Shown here: positions 9,411-17,228 of the stretch, in pieces
How positions within the stretch are numbered: the first letter of the stretch is position 1
Layout of the letters: each line of letters opens with the position of its first letter
From: Candidatus Omnitrophota bacterium
GTDB lineage: Bacteria; Omnitrophota; Gorgyraeia; Tantalellales; Tantalellaceae
DNA: 64,000 nucleotides
Assembly: GCA_034723315.1 (NCBI GenBank)
Contig: JAYEOV010000055.1
Location: forward strand, 507-64,506
Reading direction: 5' to 3'
Notes under the pieces: model-generated
Told to the model about the DNA's origin: nothing
The model's input: only the letters and a program-made list of their open reading frames with translations
Database searches by the model: none
Position numbers and translations under genes: made by a program

Positions 9411-10047
9411 ATTTATTTCCGTATTCTGCTTCCAGGTCTCTGATGAACTGTTCCGCAAATATCTTTTTGGCCTCAGCCATATCGATCTCGCGCCCCAGGC
9501 ATTCCTTCGCCGAAGTAACCCTGATGTCGGTTTCGCCGCAGGGATGCATCCGCGAGAACGGTCCGATATCGTTGTTTATGTTGACGGCAACCCCGTGAAA
9601 GGTAACCCACCGCTTCACCGCTATACCGATAAACGCGATCTTTTCATCCCGGACCCAGACGCCCCGCCTTTTCCCTTTCCTCGCGGCAGGCACAGCCAGC
9701 AGGTTCAACGCATTACTGACCGTCTTCTCCAGGAAATCTATATAGGAACCGACGTCGCGCCTCTTTCCGATGAGATCCATTACCGGATATAATACAAGCT
9801 GACCGGGAGCGTGATAAGTGACCTTCCCTCCCCGGGCCGTCTTGACTACCGGTATCTTATTTTCCATGAAGTAATCCCTGTCAATAATACTGCTTTCTTT
9901 GGCAAGACGACCAAGCGTCACGACAGGGAAATGCTCCACCAGGATGAGCGTATCGGGTATCCCTCCCTCGATCCTGTTCCTTAAAAGACCTTTCTGTTCC
10001 TCAAGAACATCTTCGTACAGGGCAACACCCAGATCCAAAACTTCCAT
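9364..10047 (-). CDS. lipB: Octanoyltransferase LipB
   Basis: LVEHFPVVTLGR, RGGKVTYHAPGQLVLYP, KIAFIGI, TFHGVAVN, PCG. Confidence 0.92.
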   Translation of the reverse strand: MEVLDLGVALYEDVLEEQKGLLRNRIEGGIPDTLILVEHFPVVTLGRLAKESSIIDRDYFMENKIPVVKTARGGKVTYHAPGQLVLYPVMDLIGKRRDVGSYIDFLEKTVSNALNLLAVPAARKGKRRGVWVRDEKIAFIGIAVKRWVTFHGVAVNINNDIGPFSRMHPCGETDIRVTSAKECLGREIDMAEAKKIFAEQFIRDLEAEYGNKYEHWNYSGSEIAGTF

Positions 10048-10052
10048 TTTCT

Positions 10053-10556
10053 TTAAATTATCTCCTCGAACCCCCCGTGAGCCTTGAAATATTCGACCAC
10101 TCCGCCTTTTTCAAGAAACTTTTTCATGATCCCGGGAATAGGCTTTATTTCCAGATTCACCCCTTTAGAGACATTGCGTATGATGTTTTTTTCAAGATCA
10201 AGTTCAAGCTCATCCATGTCATCGATATAATTTGTCTCGCACTCCACGAGGCAAAAGCCCACATTGAAGGAATTACGGTAAAATATTCTCGCGTAACTTG
10301 TAGCAATTATCGCCTGCAGCCCGCTTGCCTTAAGAGCAACGGGAGCCTGCTCGCGGGATGATCCACAACCGAAATTCTTTCCGGCGACCAGAAAATCACC
10401 CGGTTTTATCTTCTTGTAGAAATTCTCCTCAAGATCTTCAAAAATGTGTTTTGCCAGCTCTTTTTCATTCTGGATCTTGAACTTGTATCTTCCGGAAATA
10501 ATATAATCCGTGTTTATATCGTTACTGATCTTCAACCTGTGCGCAAAATTTACCAT
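10053..10556 (-). CDS. leuD: 3-isopropylmalate dehydratase/homoaconitase small subunit (LeuD/HacB type)
   Basis: INTDYII, VAGKNFGCGSSREQA, SYARIFYRN. Confidence 0.85.
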   Translation of the reverse strand: MVNFAHRLKISNDINTDYIISGRYKFKIQNEKELAKHIFEDLEENFYKKIKPGDFLVAGKNFGCGSSREQAPVALKASGLQAIIATSYARIFYRNSFNVGFCLVECETNYIDDMDELELDLEKNIIRNVSKGVNLEIKPIPGIMKKFLEKGGVVEYFKAHGGFEEII

Positions 10557-10565
10557 CTCTTCTCC

Positions 10566-11831
10566 TTACTTGAGCCTGCGCTTGTGCTCCCGCGGATCCG
10601 CTATTCTGCCTTCCAACGCGGTAGCCGCCGCTGTCGCCGGACTTCCGAGATATATTTCAGCGTTCGGATTGCCCATACGTCCTTTGAAATTCCTGTTCGC
10701 GGTAGAAAAGGCTTTTTCGCCATCCGCCAAGACCCCCTGATGCGTGCCCACACAGGGACCGCATCCTGGATTGTTAACTATCGCGCCCGCGGACATAAAG
10801 GTCTCCACGTACCCCTTCTTCAGCGCCTCAAGATATATATTTCTCGAGGCTGGTGTTATGATAAGCTTGACTCTTTTTGCCGCCCTTCTGCCCTTTAGTA
10901 TCCTGGCCGCTGTCTCAAGGTCCTCAAGCCTGCCGTTCGTGCAGGTGCCTATATACACTTCGTCTACAGGGGTCCCTTCGACTTCTTCCACGCCGCAGAC
11001 ATTGTCAACCGTATGCGGCATGGCGACCTGCGGCGCCAGATCGGAAAGGTCATATTCGAGCGTCATCAAATATCTCGCGTCTTCATCAGCTTCCACAGGT
11101 CTCGGTTCTCTGATAGAATGCTTCTTTATCCAGTCCATAGTCTTCCTGTCCGCGCGCATAAGCCCGCACTTGGCGCCCATCTCAACCGCCATATTACTTA
11201 TGGTGAAACGGGCATCAACGCTCAAGTCGTCGATGACCTCCCCGTAGAATTCCACTGCCTGGTATGTCGCCCCGTCCGACCCTACATCACCGATAATGTT
11301 AAGTATGACGTCTTTCGAAAATACCCCTTTAGGCAGATCTCCGTTAACGATTATCCTGATAGTTTCGGGCACCTTGAACCAGTTCTCGCCGCTTGCCAGC
11401 GTTATTGCCAGGTCTGTGGATCCCACCCCTGTGGAAAGAACGTTTATCGCGCCATAAGTACACGTATGGGAATCGGCGCCAAGAACAAGGTCTCCGCAGG
11501 TAACGAACCCTGTCTCCGGAATGACCTGGTGGCATACTCCGGATCCTATGTCAAAGACCTTCACTCCCTGTTCTCTCGCAAAGCCTCTTATTTTGTCATG
11601 TATAGCGGAAACTCCGATATTGGGACTGGGCGAGGAGTGATCTATTACCATGCAGAATCTTTCCTTATCAAAAATCGTTTCTACTCCGAGTTTCCGGAAA
11701 CTGTCTATTATGATCCCGCTTGTTCCGTCCTGCCCGAAACAGAAATCCACCTTCGCGATCACGATATCGCCGGCTCTTGCCCTCTTTTCGCAATGTTCGG
11801 ATAATATCTTTTCCGCGATAGTTTGCCTCAT
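10566..11831 (-). CDS. leuC: 3-isopropylmalate dehydratase/homoaconitase large subunit (short LeuC/HacA type)
   Basis: TIAEKIL, GADSHTCTYGA, IGTCTNGRLEDL, PGCGPCVG, NRNFKGRMG. Confidence 0.88.
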   Translation of the reverse strand: MRQTIAEKILSEHCEKRARAGDIVIAKVDFCFGQDGTSGIIIDSFRKLGVETIFDKERFCMVIDHSSPSPNIGVSAIHDKIRGFAREQGVKVFDIGSGVCHQVIPETGFVTCGDLVLGADSHTCTYGAINVLSTGVGSTDLAITLASGENWFKVPETIRIIVNGDLPKGVFSKDVILNIIGDVGSDGATYQAVEFYGEVIDDLSVDARFTISNMAVEMGAKCGLMRADRKTMDWIKKHSIREPRPVEADEDARYLMTLEYDLSDLAPQVAMPHTVDNVCGVEEVEGTPVDEVYIGTCTNGRLEDLETAARILKGRRAAKRVKLIITPASRNIYLEALKKGYVETFMSAGAIVNNPGCGPCVGTHQGVLADGEKAFSTANRNFKGRMGNPNAEIYLGSPATAAATALEGRIADPREHKRRLK

Positions 11832-11903
11832 ATGTCCCTTCCTCGTTTACCGGACTTAGTCCACTCCTCGACAGATCATTGTCCTTTGATACCGGCCTGC
11901 AGA

Positions 11904-13070
11904 CTACAATTCACTGATCCATTCTTTGATCCTCGCGACACCTTCCTCGATCGTTTTCATATCGGTCGCGAAGCTTATGCGCACATACCGGTCGTCCCCG
12001 AAAGGACTGCCAGGTATCACCGCCACTTTTTTCTCCTCAAGAAGCCTCTGTGAAAACGTCAGAGAATCGATGCCGCACCTGGATACATCGCAGAACATGT
12101 AAAACGCCCCTCCGGGTTTAAAAGGGCTTATCCTTTCTTCCCCGGACAAAAGGTCCATCAGAACATCCCTGCGACGCTGAAATTCCAGCCTGTTGCGTTC
12201 TATTTCCTCTCCCAGGTCCTCCGAAAGGGCGCATTCGGCCGCCACCTGGCTTATAGAACAGGGATTTGACGTTGAATGGCTCTGCAAAGTAATGATCTTC
12301 CTGATCAGGTCTTTATTCCCCGCCAGGTAGCCTATTCTCCAACCCGTCATAGAAAAACTCTTCGAGACCCCGTTCACAACTATGGTATTCCTGAAGGCTC
12401 CCTCCGAAAAGGAAGCCGGGGAAACGTGCTCTTTGCCGTCAAAAATTATCTTCTCGTAGATCTCATCGCTGACCACCGTCACCTCTTTATCAAGGCATAA
12501 TCCTGCGATCTCTCTCAACTCACCTTCCTCATACAATACCCCCGAGGGATTTGACGGACTGTTCACGACTATAGCCCTGGTCTTGTCAGTGAGTTTTGAA
12601 CGAATATCTTCCACCCTGACCTTGAACCCGTTTTCGCTCTCTGTCTTGACGAATATTGGCTTTCCCCCGGCAAGCCTTACCATCTCAGGGTAACTTACCC
12701 AGTAAGGGTGAATTATCAGGACTTCGTCACCGGGGTCGCATAGGACTTGAAAAATATTGTAAAGAGAATGTTTCGCCCCGCAGGAGACCACGACCTCTTC
12801 GGTGCTGTATTCTAATCTGTTTTCCGAACTCAATTTGCGGCAAATCGCCTCTTTAAGCGCTTTCGTCCCTCCCGCAGGCGTGTACTTGGTAAATCCGCTC
12901 TTTATCGCATTTACAGCAGCTTCCTTGACCAGTTCCGGAGTATCGAAATCAGGCTCACCTGCCGCAAGCACTATCACATCCTCTCCTCCGGCGAGCATTG
13001 ACTTGGCCTTTGACGTAATAGCAAGTGTCGCGGAAGGCTTTACCTCTTTAAGCCTTTTCGAAAACAGCAT
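11904..13070 (-). CDS. aspC: Aspartate aminotransferase (class I PLP)
   Basis: PSATLAI, GEPDFDTP, GAKHSL, NSPSNPSG, SDEIYE, SKSFSMTGWRIGY; GGAGGA SD before the ATG at 13070. Confidence 0.88.
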   Translation of the reverse strand: MLFSKRLKEVKPSATLAITSKAKSMLAGGEDVIVLAAGEPDFDTPELVKEAAVNAIKSGFTKYTPAGGTKALKEAICRKLSSENRLEYSTEEVVVSCGAKHSLYNIFQVLCDPGDEVLIIHPYWVSYPEMVRLAGGKPIFVKTESENGFKVRVEDIRSKLTDKTRAIVVNSPSNPSGVLYEEGELREIAGLCLDKEVTVVSDEIYEKIIFDGKEHVSPASFSEGAFRNTIVVNGVSKSFSMTGWRIGYLAGNKDLIRKIITLQSHSTSNPCSISQVAAECALSEDLGEEIERNRLEFQRRRDVLMDLLSGEERISPFKPGGAFYMFCDVSRCGIDSLTFSQRLLEEKKVAVIPGSPFGDDRYVRISFATDMKTIEEGVARIKEWISEL

Positions 13071-13184
13071 GACTCCTCCAATATTCATATAAAATGTAGT
13101 ATTAAAATAACATATTATAATTACTATTACAAGAGGGAAAATTCGAGGATTTGATAGATATCTGGACCTGGGACAATTAACTCG

Positions 13185-14021
13185 TTACAGCGAAACGCCC
13201 GATGATGCTCCCTGTTCGTCCGCGATAAGACGTATCTGGGTCGGGTTGTCAATGATCATCACAGGACCACGGTCATCTTCAATTTTCCCGACGACTTCAA
13301 CATGCCTGCCTTTGTAATCAGTGGCCGGGGCGATCCCTTCTTTCGCGAAAAGAGGAAGATTTCCGGTGAATATCAACGCGGTTAGGTCCTTTTCGGGGTC
13401 ATCACCAAAGTTCAAGTAAATCTTACGCGAGGATACGGATATGTTCGTGATAATACCTTTTATTGCGCAAAATCTGCCTGTGTTTTCGCGAGCCTTATTC
13501 TGTGATATCTCCTTGACTTCTCCCCAGATACCTCTTTTACCACGCCGCGCTTCTTCCTGAGCTTCGAGCAGACGATCAAAATACCGGACATTCGGCGGAA
13601 ATGTATAGACAATGGCATAGCCCTTTTCTACAAGTTCAAGGTTTGCCATGGTATCGCCCACATAGACATATGCCAACCACCGTCCGTGCCTGTCCGTTTT
13701 ATCCATGTCAAACTCGAGGGTCACCTTCTTTCCGTAAACAAGCTCCCTGTTATATTCCTTCGCGGCTACACCATATGTTTCAGGCTCGAACAACCAGCCC
13801 GTCCCTACCTTCTTCATGGTCTCGGGCGTGTCTATTCCTATGTACCGGACATGCTTTCCGTTTGACAGTTCTATGGTATCGCCGTCGATCACGTTCCGGA
13901 CCAGATACTCCTTATCCTGCACCCCGAAGCCGGCACTGCTCTTCGCGCAACCCGTTATAAATATAGCAGTTATAAGGAATGAAAAAATCAGAAAATGTTT
14001 TAAGCAATATTTCTTTTTCAT
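13185..14021 (-). CDS. Lipoprotein thermonuclease (SNase family) with C-terminal OB-fold-like domain
   Basis: Lipobox-like ITGC, VIDGDTI, VRYIGIDTPE, DRHGRWLAYVY, RGIW; the longer ORF start runs into a repeat and was rejected. Confidence 0.85.
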   Translation of the reverse strand: MKKKYCLKHFLIFSFLITAIFITGCAKSSAGFGVQDKEYLVRNVIDGDTIELSNGKHVRYIGIDTPETMKKVGTGWLFEPETYGVAAKEYNRELVYGKKVTLEFDMDKTDRHGRWLAYVYVGDTMANLELVEKGYAIVYTFPPNVRYFDRLLEAQEEARRGKRGIWGEVKEISQNKARENTGRFCAIKGIITNISVSSRKIYLNFGDDPEKDLTALIFTGNLPLFAKEGIAPATDYKGRHVEVVGKIEDDRGPVMIIDNPTQIRLIADEQGASSGVSL

Positions 14022-14072
14022 GGTTAATTTGGATTTTGAAAATGTTTTCTTTTTGTCTTGAGGGAATGGACG

Positions 14073-14377
14073 ATTATCCCAGCGAAGAAAAAGGATCAGG
14101 GGCGGGTATCCCGCGCGCAGTTTTGACCGAGCCATGCGAGGTCAACTGTTTAGAACCCATTTCATAACCCTGTTTGTTGCGAGGCTGAGCGAAAAAAGAA
14201 TTGACAAGGCCTGAGGGGCAAAATGCCCGGAAACGTAGCCGGTGCGCTACGTTGAGGACATTTTGCCCCGAAAACACAGTCAATGATTTTTGCAGCCAGC
14301 CGCAGTAGAACAGGGTTATGAAATGGGTTCTAAGCACGGGATACCCTCTCCTGATCCTTTAAACCTTGGGAAATAAT
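14073..14377. repeat. Long imperfect palindrome interrupted by MITE copy 2
   Basis: AAAGGATCAGGGGCGGGTATCCCGCGC (~14090) pairs with GCACGGGATACCCTCTCCTGATCCTTT (~14334). Confidence 0.75.
14152..14331 (-). mobile_element. 180-bp foldback MITE, copy 2
   Basis: Same TIRs and interior as copy 1 in opposite orientation; ends read TAGAACC...GGTTCTA. Confidence 0.85.
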
Positions 14378-14399
14378 ACCCGCACAATCATTTTCTATC

Positions 14400-15032
14400 T
14401 CAAAGTTTCCCAAAAGACTTACAAAGCCCATTAACGGGACACTCGCCGCACAAAGGCTTTCGCGCATTGCATACTTCCCGCCCATGTAATATCAAAAGAT
14501 CAGAAAGAAATCCCCACTTCTTCCTGTCAAAAAGATTCATCAGTTCCTGCTCTATCTTCACCGGATCATCGTTGTCTGTCAGCCCCAGCCTCCTGCTGAC
14601 CCTGCGCACATGTGTATCAACAGCTATCCCTTCATTCTTCCCGAAAGAATGGAACAGGACGATATTCGCGGTTTTCCGGGCCACACCCGGCAGCGTAACA
14701 AGCTCTTCCATCGTCCGGGGGACTTCCCCGTTAAATATTTCTTTTATCATCCTGGTCGCTGCTATGATGTTCTTTGCTTTATTCCTGTAAAACCCGGTCG
14801 ACCTTATCTCTTTCTCAAAATCCTTTCTGTCCGCACCCGCGTAATCCTTCACCCTTTTGTACTTATTAAAAAGCCCCTTCGTCACCATATTCACCCTTTC
14901 ATCAGTGCACTGAGCGGAAAGGATCGTCGCCACGAGAAGCTGGAGGGCGTCTACATGCCTCAAAGCGGTAGTCGCAACAGGATGCTCCTTCTCAAGTATT
15001 TCAAATACTTTCCCTGCCTTTTTCTTATCCAT
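14400..15032 (-). CDS. nth: Endonuclease III
   Basis: LLVATILSAQCTDERVN, HhH LPGVARKTAN, AVDTHV, CNARKPLCGECPVNGLC Fe-S motif. Confidence 0.95.
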   Translation of the reverse strand: MDKKKAGKVFEILEKEHPVATTALRHVDALQLLVATILSAQCTDERVNMVTKGLFNKYKRVKDYAGADRKDFEKEIRSTGFYRNKAKNIIAATRMIKEIFNGEVPRTMEELVTLPGVARKTANIVLFHSFGKNEGIAVDTHVRRVSRRLGLTDNDDPVKIEQELMNLFDRKKWGFLSDLLILHGREVCNARKPLCGECPVNGLCKSFGKL

Positions 15033-15072
15033 GATAAAAGCTAAAGTAAATACCTGTCCCCACCTTCCGTTC

Positions 15073-16821
15073 TTATTTCCTGCGAAATCTTTTTTCCAGT
15101 TCATCCACGGTGATCTCTGACATCGTAGGCCTGCCGTGGGGACATGTGAAGGGCAAAGCGCATCTCTGCAACTGGTCAAGCAAAGAGATCATCTCCTCTT
15201 TGCTCAACGCGTCGCCCGCTTTCACGGCCGCTCGGCATGACGACACCTTTATCAGTTCCTCAACGATGGCTATCTTTGAAAGGTCATACGATGACAGGTC
15301 CGTCAGTATGTCGTGTATGACCGTCTGGACGTCCCTGTCCTTTATTACGGCCGGCACGGCCTGGACAACATAGGTTCTGGTACCGAAAGGTTCGACCTGA
15401 AAACCGAGCGTTCCGAAATATTCTCTCGTCTTTTCCATTATCACCGACTCGTCTGCGGAAAGGTCCAGCCTCACAGGGAACAGAAGGTTCTGGGTCTCCA
15501 CGGGGCCGGTCTCCGCGGCTTTGCTGAAAAACTCATAAAGAACCCTTTCGTGCGCAGCATGCTGATCGGTTACAGTTATACCCCCGGGTTTTACCTGGAC
15601 GATGTAGCATCCTGCCATCTGGAATATGTCTTCATCCTCCGGAAATATCTTTTCCCCCCTGGAAGAGCCTTTTTCAGCCCTTAGGCCCTGGAAAATGCCT
15701 TCGGGGACCTCGTAGGAGAATTCCGTCTGGACTTCTGAACTTCCCGGGGAAACAGGGCTTTCGGGCGCTCCAATTCCCGTTCCCGGAACCCTGAGCTCTG
15801 CACTTTGAACAACAACCTCTTCCCTCTTTATTTGCTCAAACCTGTCCTTTATAGCCGCCGTTATGACGTTCCTCACGGTCTTTTCGTCCCCGAATTTCAC
15901 CTGTAACTTCGTTGGATGCACGTTTACGTCGATCTCCGAAGAGGACATCTTGAGGAACAGGGCAACAAAGGGATAACGCCCTCTTTCCAGCATGCTCCTG
16001 TAAGCGTCATAGACAGCGTCGCCGAGAACTCTGCTTCTTATGAATCTCCCGTTAACAAAGAACAACTGGGCCCGCTTGTCCTTTCTCGTGCTCGAGGGCC
16101 GGCTTATATATCCGCTGAGTTTATACGTTTCCGAGTTCGCGGATACGTCTATCATCTGGTCAGATATATCCCCTCCAAGAACAAGCCTGATCCTTCCATG
16201 CAGATCCATCCCTTTTGGGGCATGCAAAATACGCTTTTCGCCATGAACCAGCTTAATCTCTATATCCGGGCACGAAACTATGAACCTGCCGACCACATTG
16301 ACTATTTCGGCAAGTTCGGTTGATTCCTTTTTCAGGAACTTGCGTCGCGCAGGAACGTTGTAAAAAAGGTTCCTGACCTCGACCGTCGTGCCCCGCGACC
16401 TTCCCACCGGCCTGATCTTCTGCACGTTACCGCTTTCAAGGTACATGTAAACACCTGTTTCGGCGGATCCGGCACAGCTCGTGAGGTCCATCTGGGAAAC
16501 GGCCGCTATGCTTGAAAGCGCCTCCCCGCGGAAACCTAAAGTGTATACATGTTCCAGATCGTTTATATCCCTGATCTTGCTTGTCGTGTGCCGCATACAC
16601 GCTATTTTTGCGTCTTCCGGTGTCATGCCTTCCCCGTTATCCGCTACACGAATAAGGGATCTTCCTGCCGCATGTATCTCTATCTCTATGCTGTCCGAAC
16701 CGGCGTCAATGGCATTTTCCACAAGTTCTTTCACGACAGACGCGGGCCGCTCGACAACTTCCCCGGCCGATATCTTCCCTATGGTCTCCTCACTTAACAC
16801 GTTGATCTTATGATCGCCCAT
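15073..16821 (-). CDS. mutL: DNA mismatch repair protein MutL
   Basis: AGEVVERPASVVKELVEN, GFRGEAL, DQHAAHER, CPHGRP. Confidence 0.97.
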   Translation of the reverse strand: MGDHKINVLSEETIGKISAGEVVERPASVVKELVENAIDAGSDSIEIEIHAAGRSLIRVADNGEGMTPEDAKIACMRHTTSKIRDINDLEHVYTLGFRGEALSSIAAVSQMDLTSCAGSAETGVYMYLESGNVQKIRPVGRSRGTTVEVRNLFYNVPARRKFLKKESTELAEIVNVVGRFIVSCPDIEIKLVHGEKRILHAPKGMDLHGRIRLVLGGDISDQMIDVSANSETYKLSGYISRPSSTRKDKRAQLFFVNGRFIRSRVLGDAVYDAYRSMLERGRYPFVALFLKMSSSEIDVNVHPTKLQVKFGDEKTVRNVITAAIKDRFEQIKREEVVVQSAELRVPGTGIGAPESPVSPGSSEVQTEFSYEVPEGIFQGLRAEKGSSRGEKIFPEDEDIFQMAGCYIVQVKPGGITVTDQHAAHERVLYEFFSKAAETGPVETQNLLFPVRLDLSADESVIMEKTREYFGTLGFQVEPFGTRTYVVQAVPAVIKDRDVQTVIHDILTDLSSYDLSKIAIVEELIKVSSCRAAVKAGDALSKEEMISLLDQLQRCALPFTCPHGRPTMSEITVDELEKRFRRK

Positions 16822-16834
16822 AATTGTTCATCCC

Positions 16835-17188
16835 CCCAACCTGGACGAGCCAGAACCAAAAAGGGATAAGGGATATTCTGGCTCATCCAGGTTGGTATAT
16901 TGAAAACCTACGGTTTTCAAACTTTCCCTTACAGAATTTTTACAAAGTTGAGTTCTAAAAATATTGTTGCAACTAATTCATCGTAACGGAATTTCAATAA
17001 AAAGGGGGATTTTAAGGGGGCGAAGCCCCCTTACCATAAATTAAGCGCGCCATATAGCCCCCAAGTCGCGCGAAGCGCTTAATTTATCGATACATCGTGA
17101 ATCGTGAATCGTGTCTCGTCGTCCGTGACCCGTGAGTCGTATACGAGCCACGAATCACGAGCGACGAGATACGTGATACGATATACGA
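16835..17188. repeat. Stack of unrelated palindromes, including a heptamer hairpin, between mutS and mutL
   Basis: CCAACCTGGAYGAGCCAGAA IR, TTGAAAACC IR, TAAGGGGG-CGAAG-CCCCCTTA, ATAAATTAAGCGC IR, (TCGTGAA)n/(NNCACGA)n. Confidence 0.8.
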
Positions 17189-17228
17189 AATACCCATAGT
17201 GCCTGCTCTCCCAACACCAGACTTCGGT

